Shown here piece after piece: positions 1 to 13,790 of a stretch of 64,000 bases of DNA; the stretch's first letter is position 1, and every line of letters begins with the position of its first letter. Source of the DNA: Octopus bimaculoides (Eukaryota); assembly GCF_001194135.2 (NCBI RefSeq), contig NC_068992.1, positions 44,871,486-44,935,485 of the forward strand, given 5' to 3'. The notes under the pieces are model-generated. The model did not search any database. It was not told the DNA's origin and was given only the letters and a program-made list of their open reading frames with translations. The position numbers were made by a program, and so were the translations under genes.

Positions 1-92
1 GGGTCGAATATAAATTCGAGTAAGGGCGGTACTCCAGCATGACCACAGTCAAATGAGTGAAACAAGTAAAAGAATAAAAAGAATAAAAGAAT
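1..92 (+). mobile_element. SINE 3' end (cephalopod-type tRNA-derived SINE tail)
   Basis: ggcggtactccagcatgaccacagtcaaatgagtgaaacaagtaaaagaataaaa... matches the tail recurring at 15540-15732, 31035-31122 and 43783-43848, and ends in AAGAATA-type repeats. Confidence 0.75.
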
Positions 93-2393
93 TGTTTAAA
101 GATTTATATTCACCTTTTATATTACAGTTTAAATTATGTTCCAACTACAAGTTTAATTCAAAATTAAGTTTGCATTTTTTTAAAAGGTGACCCTGTATTT
201 GATTACAACATTTTCTTTTGAGTTCTTTGTGGTTTTATTGATATAAAATTATCGCAGCCTCTAGATACACCTTGATAATAATAATTCTATTGAAGAAATA
301 AATGAGAATATTTTCATTTATTTGTAGTTGGAAAATATTATGAATATTAATATTATAAATAATATTTAAATGATGGAATTCATTTAAATTTTTATTTTGT
401 TTGTTGTCAACTATGAGATTACCAAGTATAATCACATTTCAATAGTCTTCAGATAGAATTCAAACTTATCTCTAAATTACTTACAAAAGTATAAACAACG
501 TGAATGATTTTTTTCACTGTGAAATAACGTGAGAAATACATTGAAATATTACTTCCTCTTTGTACCTTCTTTCAAAATACCTCCATTTTCGAATGTTCTA
601 CGAGATAGATTAATATCATATAATATACAGTTCAGTGGGTTGTAATTTGTGGTGAATATATATATATATATATATATCCCTTATAAGAATAAATAATTAC
701 ATGTTCTTTCCTCTAAATATAATTTAATTTTCTAAAAGGATCGTAAATACTTGAAAAACAAGATTGTGTACATTACGCATAAGTCAATGTTGATATAATC
801 TGTCTTTAACAAGGCCAAAAACCCAAAACACAAAGGAAACATCAAAAGAAAATATTCTATATTTTTCAAGAAATATTTCATTGTAGTCCAAATAAGCATA
901 CGCTTATTTACAACTGAGTGGTCCAGCACGAATTCAGATTTATTTTAATGACATGATCATGTAAATGTTAGCCTTGTATTTGTTGAAAACAAGGAGTCCT
1001 TTCATGGACAGTGGTGTCGTAGACGAAGTTGGGTTGAAGGATAGAAACAGATGTTAAGGTTTATCAGAGGAGTGATAAAAATATGTGAAACACTATATTG
1101 TGACCGACATACAAAATTAGTGCCTATCATATATGAGTCATATTCTATATTTTCACATTGCTATGATTTCGTGACATTAGCAACCATCCTGCGGTTACGT
1201 AAATTAATCATCTACACTGCTTAAACTTACATCTGAAGATAAATAAGTATACATACATCCACATGAATACATATACATACATAAACACACCGATACACAT
1301 ATTATGGCATGCTTCCGTTATACCTGATCCCCGCTCAGACTAAGAACTACAACAAAGTGAAAGACAGGGAAAACAATTCCGCGCTCGAACACTATCTCAT
1401 GGAACATATTTCAACAAAGTTCATCGAAACAAATGGAAATTGTTTGCTATCTAAACTCGTCACTGATAGAAACTATATTTTCTTTAAACGTTTGTAAAGA
1501 TTCCTCGATTCAATGATTTCCATTTAAATATTTCGGTCAAATTTCTTATTATGAAATGTTTTCTGTGTTATGATGTTTAAATTTGATTCTATTTTTTTAC
1601 GGCTTCCAATAATATACTGGAAAATTGTGTCCGCTCTTTCTACATGTAAACATAAATATCAAATTACAACCAAAAGAAAGCAACTAACTACATCAGATAT
1701 CTTTTTACGATTCATTAAAGAATAACGTTCGTATTTCTTTCCGAAAGGATATCGGTAAAGTATTTGTGAAAATTATTTACACAATTCCATATTATTTCCA
1801 TGTGAATTACCCGAAAATATGGAAGTTTTACGCATCGAAATTAGATTTTACTTTCATATATTGTTGGCACCTTTCATATTTAAATGAAATATGTACGCGT
1901 GCATTTAAATGTTATGTATGTAAATAGGTGTACGTTATGTATTTATGTATATATTTATATATATTCATTATATATATATCACAAATATATGACACACACA
2001 CGCACGCACGCACACACAAACACATATATATATAGATACATATATATTCAGAAGAATAAATAGGTGCGTTTATGAAATTCTGAAACATATTGGAGAAGAT
2101 AATAGTTGTTTGTAAAGAATTGATTTCAAGGAAAATTTTGAAATATTTTAAAATATAATTTAATCACATAATGATATTGTCAATGAATGATAGATTTAAT
2201 ACTACATTTTATAGAAAAATTATTATTCATGTTTATAACTTATTTTATCTCAAACGCAAACACACGTACAACACATGTCTCTTTGTGAGTGCATATTTCT
2301 ATGTATATATAGGTGTTTGTGTGTGTGTATAAATGTGTATATATATGTATGCGTGTATGTATGTATGTGACTATATATGTATACACATTTATT

Positions 2394-2461
<68 letters not shown>

Positions 2462-2628
2462 AACGTATATATATATATATATATATATATATATNNNNNN
2501 NNNNNNNNNNNNNNNNNNNNNNNNNNNNNNNNNNNNNNNNNNNNNNNNNNNNNNNNNNNNNNNNNNNNNNNNNNNNNNNNNNNNNNNNNNNNNNNNNNNN
2601 NNNNNNNNNNNNNNNNNNNNNNNNNNNN

Positions 2629-2684
<56 letters not shown>

Positions 2685-3254
2685 GTTCATGTGTCTGTAA
2701 ATAAAATTGTAATTTTAATGTGTTTGAATTTCTCATTCATTATAATGCTTTCGTATAATTATAAATTTATTTACCACACTTATAAAATCATTTAAGTGAA
2801 AGAATGTAGTGGAAGGTTAAAACCTATTTGTATTTTCATATTAGATTAAGAAGTTAAATATAACACGTAGAATAATAGCTGAACATGAAGGCACTGTACG
2901 GCAAAAACTGAAACAATAGTAATGCTGTTTAATATCAGTCTCCTTGTCGAAAACTTCATACACCAAGAATTCCAAACATCATCTTCCATTGGGTCAAGGG
3001 AAATCTTTAATGAACACCCTTCGTATGTATGTGCGCGCACGCTCGTGTGTGTGTGTTTTAAATAGTTCATTCAGATACGTTTGCGCATATTCTTGAGATG
3101 GATGGAGAACATTACAAATACACAAAAATACCCCTAATTAATTATGTTTCCTCACAAAAGCGCAATGCCTCTGGAAAAGGGATATAACCGAATATATTGG
3201 TTTCTTATTTTGGCCCTTTGCTAACCATTTCGGGAGTGAGGTTCTCTATTATAT

Positions 3255-3402
3255 GGAATCCAGTACTTACTTATTTTATCATACCCGAAAGGATGAAACG
3301 CGAAGTCGACCTCGGTGGAATTTGAACTCAGAACGTGCAGATGGACGAAATGCTGCTAAGCAGTTTGACGGGTGGCCTAACGATTCTGCCACCTCGCCGC
3401 CT
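3255..3402 (-). mobile_element. tRNA-derived SINE, 5' half
   Basis: Reverse complement reads aggcggcgaggtggcagaatcgttaggc...gttctgagttcaaattccaccgaggtcgacttcgc, with A-box and B-box-like (GAGTTCAAAT) motifs. Homologous to 48289-48497, 35545-35746 and 36598-36722. Confidence 0.85.
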
Positions 3403-3469
3403 TCATATAACCAAATTGATCGACCTCACTATTAGATTGGTATTTCAATTTATCGTGATCAAAAGTAAG

Positions 3470-3575
3470 AAAAAATTTACTTCGGCATGATTTGAACCCA
3501 GAACGTAAATATCCGTAACTAAACACTGCACCATATTTTTTCAGACCATCTATAAACACTGCCAAACTATGCAGC
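3470..3575 (-). mobile_element. Degenerate SINE head of the same family
   Basis: atttgaacccagaacgtaaa is the reverse complement of the B-box segment seen in the other copies; the rest is heavily diverged. Confidence 0.5.
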
Positions 3576-4761
3576 TTTTAATTTATCAGGAAATTCCTAA
3601 ATTCTGAGAATACTTGGCTGCCGTAATCCTAGTTGCTGTCATCCAATTTAGAAGAAAGCGAGTGAGAGAGAGAAAGAGAGACAGAGGTAGACAGATAGAA
3701 GCAGAGAGAGGAGGGGATAGAGTGACAGAAAGAGAAAAAGACAGACTGTCATGATTTTCATCGATGTCTTTTTTTAAGCGAGAACTATTGATCCACAAAC
3801 GTTCTAGACCTCAAAGGAAAGGGGAAGAATTTTAAATTATTGGGAAATTTTGTGTACTTAAATCATGCATTGGCTCTTAAAATCAATTTACATTATTTCA
3901 TTTCATTTTGTGTAAAATTTTAAAATGCCGTGTCTCATGTAAATAAAATCATCCCCATTAGCCCCTTGATAATGAAGCATGATTACCGAAATGTGCTTTC
4001 TGGAATTATTGCATCTATCTAAGTGTCTTAAGAGATGCAACAGAAATCCTCACGACAAGCATATCCAAAGCCTTCTCTTATGTAAATACAAAAATAATTA
4101 TTGCTTCCGATTACCCCAATTTCCAAAAGAAATATTCAAAAGAGAGTAAATTTACCCTCTTTATATTTCTATTAATTCCACTGCAATTCTTTGTCAAAAT
4201 TCACTATTCGTCAACTAGATCTACAACAGCAATAGACACCAACGTAAACTATTTCTAACCGTACTCTAAAGACATAAACTTGAATGTCAGCAATGCTTAG
4301 AAATAGCAGGACTTAATATCATTCCTACCTTGTATAAAGAGATGTTTATATACATATACAACTAGTATCCATATTTAATAATTGTACAAGAAAATGCTAC
4401 TTTCCAAACAACATCATATACAACAATGGCCTCTTTGTTCTGGCTGATTTACGGAAAGTATACTATAAAACCTAAGTTTGATAATGATGTATCGTATAAG
4501 GTGGTTGTAACGAAAGACATAATGACCTGTGTGTCTAAGGCCATAATTAATATAATAGTTGTCATAACTTCTTTTTTTCTGACACTTTTCCGCAATGCAT
4601 TATCAGTAACAATATTGTATTATATGTTGCGTTTCAATATATCTTCAATGATATATATAATGTTTCATAATGATATATATTCATTTAGATGATAAATGTA
4701 TGTTTGTTAAAAATGTCCTGTTCCCCTTCCCTTATAAATCTCCGCATCATTTGAAGAAAAG

Positions 4762-4930
4762 ATGTCTTCTAAAAGATGTGCAACAAGCCCGGACGACTTT
4801 TGTTACATTTATAGTGCATTTATGTCTAAGAAACATCAGAGGACATTACCAAATTTGTGAAAAATTCTTACTGTACCAATTTGGTGTGAAATAACGAAAC
4901 CAAGATAAGAAGTGGGATCCTCATAAGATC
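4762..4930 (+). mobile_element. DNA transposon relic, transposase N-terminus (Chapaev3/CMC-like)
   Basis: Frameshifted translation MSSKRCATSPDDFCYIYSAFMSKKHQR / ITKFVKNSY / QFGVK*RNQDKKWDPHKI follows the pattern C-x3-PDxFCYICGxF...ITxxVKxxYxxYFGxKxGDQDKxWAPHxxC, which I recall from Chapaev3-type transposases. Contains stops and frameshifts. Confidence 0.65.
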
Positions 4931-5751
4931 TTTTCAATTTGTCTTCTTATTACCGCCAAACTTTTTCTTCCTCAATTTGAACCTATACCCCAAGCTAATT
5001 TGATACTCTTAATCAGTGACGCTTTATATAGACCATTGTATAAACAAGATACATCTGATTTGCATTTATGAAAAACTTTGCAATAGAAGCAATAACATTC
5101 ATATGTTGTATATTCTATATGACAATATTAGTATTGTAGACTATCGCGACTATAAAATTCTGTACTGTGTCCAAATTGTGGTTTCGGTAACTTTAAAGAA
5201 GGAGGTATTTCAAAGCTAACAGTGGTTACATAAAGAGAAATGAACATAGATAAACCTATGATGAGTATTTCTTGTTGAAATTGATACAATAAGTTATTAA
5301 TGAGATAACTGTATAAAATCTATTAGATTTAAGTCAAATTTGATTCATATTAAGAACAGATAAAATAGTGAGTTGCGAGTTCTTCACAGAATAACTGCAG
5401 GTGTAAATTATTTTAGAAATTAAAATCACTAAGATTTTCAAGATAAGCGAAAACATTTCTAGATAAACGCTTAATGAAATTATCAAAATAGTGAGAAAAT
5501 TGTAGAAATGTATTCTGTGTTATGCTGGTGTAGTCATCTAGTTTCTAAGTTCAAGTGTGATTTTAGTTATTTTGGTATATATGTAGTGAACAGTGAAGTT
5601 AGTCATAATTTGCAGGTTATTTGACTGACAAAACTGATGAAAATGTTTGAGAGGAGACTCATAATTAGAAATTCGTTACCGAGTAATGACGACTAAAACT
5701 AATGATTATTTATAATTCTTTCTACTATAGGTAAAACGCTTAGAATTTTGG

Positions 5752-5888
5752 GGTTAGGGACCAGTCGAATGCATCAGCCGCAGGGTTTGGAAGGTACGCA
5801 TTTCATCAATATCTCAGCGGTAAAGCCAGAAAAAATTCTGCTAAGCATTTTGTCCGGAGATGTAATGATTCTACCAGCTGGCCACCTG
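5752..5888 (-). mobile_element. Degenerate, internally deleted tRNA-SINE
   Basis: ctgctaagcattttgtccgg...gattctaccagctggccacct is the reverse complement of the SINE head; gaccagtcgaatgcatc corresponds to the SINE core. Confidence 0.6.
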
Positions 5889-6234
5889 TAATGACTATTA
5901 GTAATTAGAACCAGCACACCAAATGTAACGATTATTAATAACGATTAATTATTATATTTAGTATTCATAATGATTCTTAGGATTCTCATGAAATGTTCTT
6001 TGCAAGTAGTTCATATCCATATGGGATTACACATATGCCAGAAGTGTTTATTCAAACCATAAAAATTCTGGATCGCAATGGAAAATGATGCAAGAAATAA
6101 TTTAATTCTACACTGATCATGTGTCACGAAAAATTCCCTCTTATTCCAATGTTAAATTCAGCTTTGGTCAATAGTTCTTATATTTCGCTAGCTAAAACGT
6201 GTAGCATATTGATAAAAGTGTAGCACTCATGATC

Positions 6235-6345
6235 ATCCGATCGAAGTTTCTATTCACAGATATCGGTGAGTTGTGTTCTTGGGCAAGGCACTTCATTTCA
6301 CGTTCCTCCAGTCCAGTAAGCTGTGGTATAGGCAACTTTCTAACA
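6235..6345 (+). mobile_element. SINE fragment, second family (ttgggcaaggcacttcatttcacgtt core)
   Basis: gttcttgggcaaggcacttcatttcacgttcctccagtcc resembles a conserved SINE central domain and is related to the cttgggcaag motif at 13604-13703 and 15328-15482. Confidence 0.5.
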
Positions 6346-8791
6346 ATAGCTGAGAAGTTACCCATAGAACAAATATGGGTAAGAGCAACATAGTAGAGCA
6401 ACTCAATGACTATTTTTAAACAGTGGGGGGTGAAAGTTCTTCCATAAACAATAACTGAATATATAAAGCGAACTCTCAATATATATATATATATATAAAT
6501 ATATATNNNNNNNNNNNNNNNNNNNNNNNNNNNNNNNNNNNNNNNNNNNNNNNNNNNNNNNNNNNNNNNNNNNNNNNNNNNNNNNNNNNNNNNNNNNNNN
6601 NNNNNNNNNNNNNNNNNNNNNNNNNNNNNNNNNNNNNNNNNNNNNNNNNNNNNNNNNNNNNNNNNNNNNNNNNNNNNNNNNNNNNNNNNNNNNNNNNNNN
6701 NNNNNNNNNNNNNNNNNNNNNNNNNNNNNNNNNNNNNNNNNNNNNNNNNNNNNNNNNNNNNNNNNNNNNNNNNNNNNNNNNNNNNNNNNNNNNNNNNNNN
6801 NNNNNNNNNNNNNNNNNNNNNNNNNNNNNNNNNNNNNNNNNNNNNNNNNNNNNNNNNNNNNNNNNNNNNNNNNNNNNNNNNNNNNNNNNNNNNNNNNNNN
6901 NNNNNNNNNNNNNNNNNNNNNNNNNNNNNNNNNNNNNNNNNNNNNNNNNNNNNNNNNNNNNNNNNNNNNNNNNNNNNNNNNNNNNNNNNNNNNNNNNNNN
7001 NNNNNNNNNNNNNNNNNNNNNNNNNNNNNNNNNNNNNNNNNNNNNNNNNNNNNNNNNNNNNNNNNNNNNNNNNNNNNNNNNNNNNNNNNNNNNNNNNNNN
7101 NNNNNNNNNNNNNNNNNNNNNNNNNNNNNNNNNNNNNNNNNNNNNNNNNNNNNNNNNNNNNNNNNNNNNNNNNNNNNNNNNNNNNNNNNNNNNNNNNNNN
7201 NNNNNNNNNNNNNNNNNNNNNNNNNNNNNNNNNNNNNNNNNNNNNNNNNNNNNNNNNNNNNNNNNNNNNNNNNNNNNNNNNNNNNNNNNNNNNNNNNNNN
7301 NNNNNNNNNNNNNNNNNNNNNNNNNNNNNNNNNNNNNNNNNNNNNNNNNNNNNNNNNNNNNNNNNNNNNNNNNNNNNNNNNNNNNNNNNNNNNNNNNNNN
7401 NNNNNNNNNNNNNNNNNNTATATATATATATATATATGTGTGTGTGTATGTGTACGTGTGTGTATCTATGTAGGTATGCATATGTGTATATCAATACAAG
7501 TTTACCAAAGTTTTCCAGTTCTACAATCAATCAGGTCCTATACATTTACGTGTATAGACACTACATGAAGTGTATGTATGTTGAAATCTAACAAACAAAT
7601 GAATGAATAAATAAATAAAACCTTCTGCTTCCGTTAAATTGTGAATGGTTTTAAGAGCAGATACTAATCATTCCTCTCTTGTATCATATGTCAACTTCTA
7701 AGATGATATAAAATACCTATATTTCGTGAAAATATAGATTTGTATTGAGATAATGTAATAATGCACCCTTTTTATTCCAAAGTGTGTGATTCCGTGGCTC
7801 ACTTGTCGTTGGCTGTGGTAACAGAAGTGTTGAATAAAGAAGGAAGAATGTGAAAATTGCACAAACATTAATTCAGTACAAATATTGTAAAATGTATTAA
7901 CCACTACTAAAAACACGACTTAGTTCCCAAGCTAGTCATCTAAAATGAAAATGTACTGGTAAAATACTGCACGAATATTTAATAAATCAATTCAGGTAGA
8001 GAGGAATATTCACTTTAGTTCAGAATGCATAACAAAATTGTATCTATGCATATACGTACTTAGATGCTTTTATTTGTATATATGTGTATACATCTGTATA
8101 CATACACGTGAAGGATTTGTTTATATCTTACGAAAAGGGATTTGACAACGTAGGCATAGTTTTGCATGAAAGTAATGTATAAGTACCTACAGGAAACAGT
8201 CTTTTGATGAGAACAATAATGCACTCTTTTTGTGTTTTGCTTAGCGTGCACACAATGATATGTATACTAAATAATGAGCCAGTTATTGTCTGGAATCAGT
8301 AATAAAGCTCCTTCGCAACATCGTGATACAAACAATTTCATTAAAAGATATTTCTTCATTTGTATCATGTGAAGTACCGTTGAAATTCAAATAATATGCA
8401 TTGACTCACATGCACTCCATAATAAGATTATTGTGAACATACACACACATACACAAACACACTAACATGTTGTTATTATATAAATTAAATAGATAATATA
8501 CAATCTTCTATAATTTTATGTCCACACATTCAACTAGATTTAAAGTTACGTGTCAATATTTTCAGATACGAATTCAAGATGTAGACCACACGTTGTTCAA
8601 AAATTGGAATTTGTCTTTTCATGAGTTAGAAAAATTAATGTTATTGATTTAATGAATCCTGATCCAGAACTGTATAGAGGTAATTTAGTCCAATAAACTG
8701 TAAAGAGGTAGTTTAGTGAGAGGTTAAATTGTATTAGTGCCTGACTGACGAGTGAAACATCAAGGCATATTGAATAAATATTCTGGTAGAT

Positions 8792-9356
8792 AAATTTTTT
8801 ATATGTTCGCCGCCCGCTAACATTTTTGCCAGGATATATATATATATATAAGCAGTATAGCTTTACTATAGTGTCGGATATTATCGACTGCTGTTTCCGA
8901 TAAATATTGGTGCTTTGTGATACCACTCTCTTATTTATACTTTAACCTGATGGTGCTTTCTTTTATTGGGAAGAAATACTACTGTATTGCACTATTTAAT
9001 ATTTTTGTCTTCGCAAAGTTTTTCACTGTTCTAGTTTTTCACTGTTAACGGCTACGCATTTCAGACGAGTATATACTGGTATTGATGTAGCGATATTTGT
9101 GATTGTGTCAAGGAAAATCTGTCCGATGGGAACTAATCAAACTTAATTTGGAAACTTCGAGACCTAGTTCCTAGGTTATCCATATCTGGGTTGTACATTT
9201 ATTTATTGTTCTTCCTACAGATAAGATGAAATTTTTATGTTCGCCGCCCGCTAACATTTTGCCAGTATATATATACAGGGAAGCTTTACTATAGCGTCGT
9301 ATATTATCGACTGTTATTTCCAGTAAATATTGGTGCATTGTTGTACCACTATCTTA
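8792..9356 (+). repeat. Local ~135-bp direct repeat, two copies (8792-8932 and 9229-9356)
   Basis: Both copies share tatgttcgccgcccgctaacattttt?gccag, gctttactatag?gtcg?atattatcgactg and taaatattggtgc...taccact. Confidence 0.9.
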
Positions 9357-10089
9357 TATATATATGTGTGTGTGTGTGTATTCAACTATATATGGGTGTG
9401 TATGTTTGTGTGTATGTGTTTCTTTGTGCATTTGTATCTTACCGTAAAAGATTGTGCAGTACCGTCCATATTGAAAAAAAGTCATAATTATATTTCATTA
9501 TTTTATGGTAAAATGGTTATACTGCTAATGCCTATATTATTTCCCTCGTTGTCTTGTCTTGTTTAGTTTTAGTTTTGATCTGAATACAGGTTATTCTCAT
9601 TACAACTTCTAATAAAAATATTTTTATGACTAAGAATTAAATGTATATGGATAAAAAAAATTAGGATTAATTTCGTGTTCCCATCGATTCAATATAATTA
9701 ATCGCCTCTTGCGAGTGACTGATCTCTCATTCAATTTTATCAGGCTCTTTAATGTATCTTCCTTTATCAATTATTGTAGCACTGAACTAAATTGTTTCCT
9801 TTCATATTCTCAGCTTTACTTGATTACGCAGAAATACACACACACGTACACGTACACGCAAACGCATATACGTATATATANNNNNNNNNNNNNNNNNNNN
9901 NNNNNNNNNNNNNNNNNNNNNNNNNNNNNNNNNNNNNNNNNNNNNNNNNNNNNNNNNNNNNNNNNNNNNNNNNNNNNNNNNNNNNNNNNNNNNNNNNNNN
10001 NNNNNNNNNNNNNNNNNNNNNNNNNNNNNNNNNNNNNNNNNNNNNNNNNNNNNNNNNNNNNNNNNNNNNNNNNNNNNTATATATATATT

Positions 10090-10128
<39 letters not shown>

Positions 10129-10929
10129 AAATATATATTATGTACATAGACATATATATACATACATGCGTGTATATATATGCTCGTATGTATATATAAT
10201 CAGAATAAGGAGATGAAGGAAGACTAACACATCGTTAATAACCAGTTACAATTGATTCTGAACCATCTCTACTTTAACACACCAGTTCACACAACAGTTC
10301 AAATTTAATATTAAGTCTATGTTGAGGAAAGGACAATTTTTCAGAAAAAGCAAATGATAATCACTACAGATGACAGCTCTAAAAACAGATGACAGCTCTA
10401 TTTTTGTTTTTAAAAAATGATCAAAAAGGATAGTAGGGCCAAGTTTTTTTTTGAGAAAGCTCTCTTAAAGGATCTTTAGAAAAATAACGGCTCAGTTTCG
10501 GCAACATTGTTGTAGTAGTAACTGCTTCGCTATCTTTGAAAGAACTGATTAAATCTCCATTATAAATTGAAATATTCTAAACAAGTAATTTACAGAAAGA
10601 TAAACATTTGCTTTACGTTTAGTTTTAATTTATTTAATTCCCCGTCATGGAAACTGTAGTGTGTTCCCTTCCATATCCTTCGATGTCCAATTTAGTAATG
10701 TGATTAATCGACACATCACTAATTACGTACCACACATGGTATGTTGTTACAACTGAAATACTTCCATCTCCGCAACTTGAAGCACTCTTCCGTTTCATGA
10801 ATTTCGATAGTTTCAGATTAACGTTAATTAAACTGAAAACTCCTGCAGTCGCGTGTGTACAGCTTGCCTGATTAGTCATCTAGAACACCGCTTCATGCTA
10901 ACAGTGACATCAACATAGCCACCGTCAAC

Positions 10930-11180
10930 ACAGTCATCATGTTAACCATAACGATCGTTATAATCGTAGTTGCTATCGTTATTGTTGTTTTCGTCGTCGT
11001 CCAGTCGTCATCAGCATCATCATCATCATTACCCTTCTTATCCTCAAACTCACCACCCCCATAGTCGTCATTATCATTATCTCCATCGTTGATGTCTTGC
11101 AACACCCACGAAACCATCAGTACTACTACCCCCATTACTACCATCATAACCATCGTCATAATCGTCATCATGATAACCAT
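10930..11180. repeat. Degenerate trinucleotide low-complexity tract (CAT/CGT/CAC)
   Basis: Runs of catcatcat, gtcgtcgtc and accatc. Confidence 0.8.
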
Positions 11181-13501
11181 GGTCGTCGTATGAAAAAGAA
11201 GCAGATTAATTCGTTGCAGAGAAGAATTGAAATATTAATGTCATCCATAATTGATTAGGTACTATTCTCCGTTAACGACTCCATCAGCAGAACAAATAAT
11301 CTTTATGGCGTGGATTTCCTAGGAGTCAGGACACAGACATAAATAGGTATAAATCAACAATAGAATTTCTTATGAGACCATTGATTCTCTAAGTAATGGC
11401 CACCAAAGCTCCACTAGACCACACACTACACACTTAAAGCGAAAGACAAATTGGATAATGCAATCCTTGATATATTTTGCGTGAAACAAATATTAGATGT
11501 TAATGCCGGAATCTCCTCGCTCACAGATCTGTTCCACCAAGTTTGATCTAGGAATAAAACATTTTCCAGGATCATTGTATATGTAGTAGCAATGTCTGAT
11601 GACTAACTGATTTCATACCCTTCGAACTCTATATTTTTAGCTCACAAAGTCTATTAATAAATATTTCACTGACGCAAAATATTACAGCTGGTGCAGCTGT
11701 GCGTTTGTATATATATATTAGAAATGTTATACAGATAGTTGTTTTAATCTCATGCTGTTACAAGTTTGCTTAATCCAAGCCTGACCAGCTTTCGCACAAA
11801 TCACAGAATGTTTTGTTTGTTGATTTCTATATTGAAAAGCTGATCGCGAGTTAGTTCAGAATGCCCGTGTATGTTCGTTAGTAACAATGTCATATCGAGT
11901 CAAAACAGTGCCGTCTGACCAACTTGTGACATCATTCTGAGCAAGTTCTGTTTTTATCACAAAGACTCATGAGAAGTTTCAATGGGTCATAATGTCACAG
12001 TTAAAAGACTGTTTACGTTTGTATATACATTAACAATGTTATTGTAATTTTATATATTATGGAATCAGATGAACAACCAGAGTAAAACCAAGTTTTCAAC
12101 TATAGAGTCGGATGCATTGTGCTTGTTAAAGGTAAAAAGCACATGTATCTTAACTAAATCACCGAAAAATGTCTCATGATGCGTCCTTTATTAAAGATAT
12201 GTTGAATCAACTTAAAATACTTATAACTATGGCGAGCGAATATGTAATGTTTTTGTTACAAAGGTAATTTAACAGAGGTATTATAGATATAGACTGCGTT
12301 AACTCACAGGCCCGAGACAGGTATTTCATACAGTAAATATATAAAAGTATTGATTACAGATAAAATATAGTTTATATAAAATACGCATATGAAAACAGGG
12401 AGCAAACCTAAACGTATACATACAGTTCAATCATAGTAGGCTTTATTCACTTGTTAAAGGCATTTTGGATCGATGTTAAACCTCTGCTGCCTTCTTTTTG
12501 TTTTAGGTAGAGGTGGTCTACATATGTGTGTGTATGTATGTTTGTATGTATGCATGCTTAGAATGTTATTTAAAACAGTTTGATCCGGCTTAAAATATTT
12601 GATGCGGCTTAAAATTTGGCAGGCCTCTTTACAGAAACCTAGCTCGTTCAGGCTTAATTAACATCTATATATTGCTTCGTTTCTGTTACCGTGATCTGTA
12701 ATTTACTTAGGAACGAATATCACGTTTGAACATATTTTTGCTATTGTTATTGCTATTATAATTCATTCATGAAATATCTCTAGATTAATCGATTAATCAG
12801 CAACTACTTTTACAAAGCTAATTACGCTTGCGAGTGCAATAATTAGCTTTGTTTATATTATCTGTACATATGAATAGATTCACGGCTGCTGATTTTATAA
12901 TCTTAAATTAATCCAGTGTATTATCATATATATTTATTATACATTTCTATGATTTCTGTACGTAATTACACAGACATATGTGGACAATAAAGCGCCAGAT
13001 AAAATAATATCTATATTTGCGATGGAGTGGAAAGCACCTAATACATTATTTTTGTAGAGAGCGGTTGATAAAAGAGCGCAATATAGAAGACCTTTATGTT
13101 AGTAAGTATTTTATGAGTTCGATTCCTACCGATGTCAAGTGCAGAATCGAACAAATATATTCAATTCTGTTATATGCAGCACTCATATCTGTATAGACAC
13201 CACATCCAGACTCTTACACACAAACTGCCTAAGTATTAAATAACAATGTGGTTTCACCAAATGACACGAGAATACACCCCGATGTATACGTACGTACCAC
13301 ACATATTTACATAGCTTCATTTTGGATTCGCAATTATGAAATATGCAGAAAGAGAAATAGGAATAAAAATATTTAGAGAGAGAATTTGAAATCTTATACA
13401 AGTACCAGAATGATATTTACATCTTTACTTGGAATAAATAGCATGAGACAATGGATGGCAATCAATAAGTGTCCTATGATGTATAAAAATAAAGCTAAGT
13501 A

Positions 13502-13602
<101 letters not shown>

Positions 13603-13603
13603 T

Positions 13604-13703
13604 ATACGACGGACTTCTTTCAGTTTCCGTCTACCAAATCCACTTAAGACTTTGGTCTGACCGAGGCTATAGTAGAAGACAATTGCCCAAGATTCCACGC
13701 AGT
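13604..13703 (-). mobile_element. SINE fragment (second family), 3' part
   Basis: Reverse complement actgcgtggaatcttgggcaattgtcttctactatagcctcggtcagaccaaagtc...ggatttggtagacggaaactgaaagaagtccgtcgtat; homologous to 15328-15482. Confidence 0.85.
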
Positions 13704-13790
13704 TTATCTTCACATTTTACAAGATCATCAGCCATAGAGGAAATATTCAACCAACATGCACCATACTACGAAAGAGCTTTCGCAACAAGC
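13704..13790 (+). mobile_element. Penelope-like element RT C-terminal (thumb) fragment
   Basis: Translates SSHFTRSSAIEEIFNQHAPYYERAFATS, resembling the RxSSxEEIFNxHAPYYxxALxxSGY segment of Neptune-type PLE reverse transcriptases. Confidence 0.6.

Noticed and set aside
1309-1497. ORF with NSALEHYLMEH resembling the PLE GIY-YIG SAIAEH segment
   Set aside because: The similarity is too short to support a call.
3255-3402. tRNA-like A and B boxes
   Set aside because: They belong to SINE heads; no cloverleaf or genuine tRNA, rRNA or snRNA gene was found in the window.
8738-8768. tgcctga-CTGACGA-gt-GAAA-catc-aaggca, hammerhead-like
   Set aside because: No stem II or III, and stem I does not pair next to the core; probably chance.
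10634-10879. ORF with KLDIEG resembling the FkbM methyltransferase motif
   Set aside because: A single short motif with no supporting context or splice signals.
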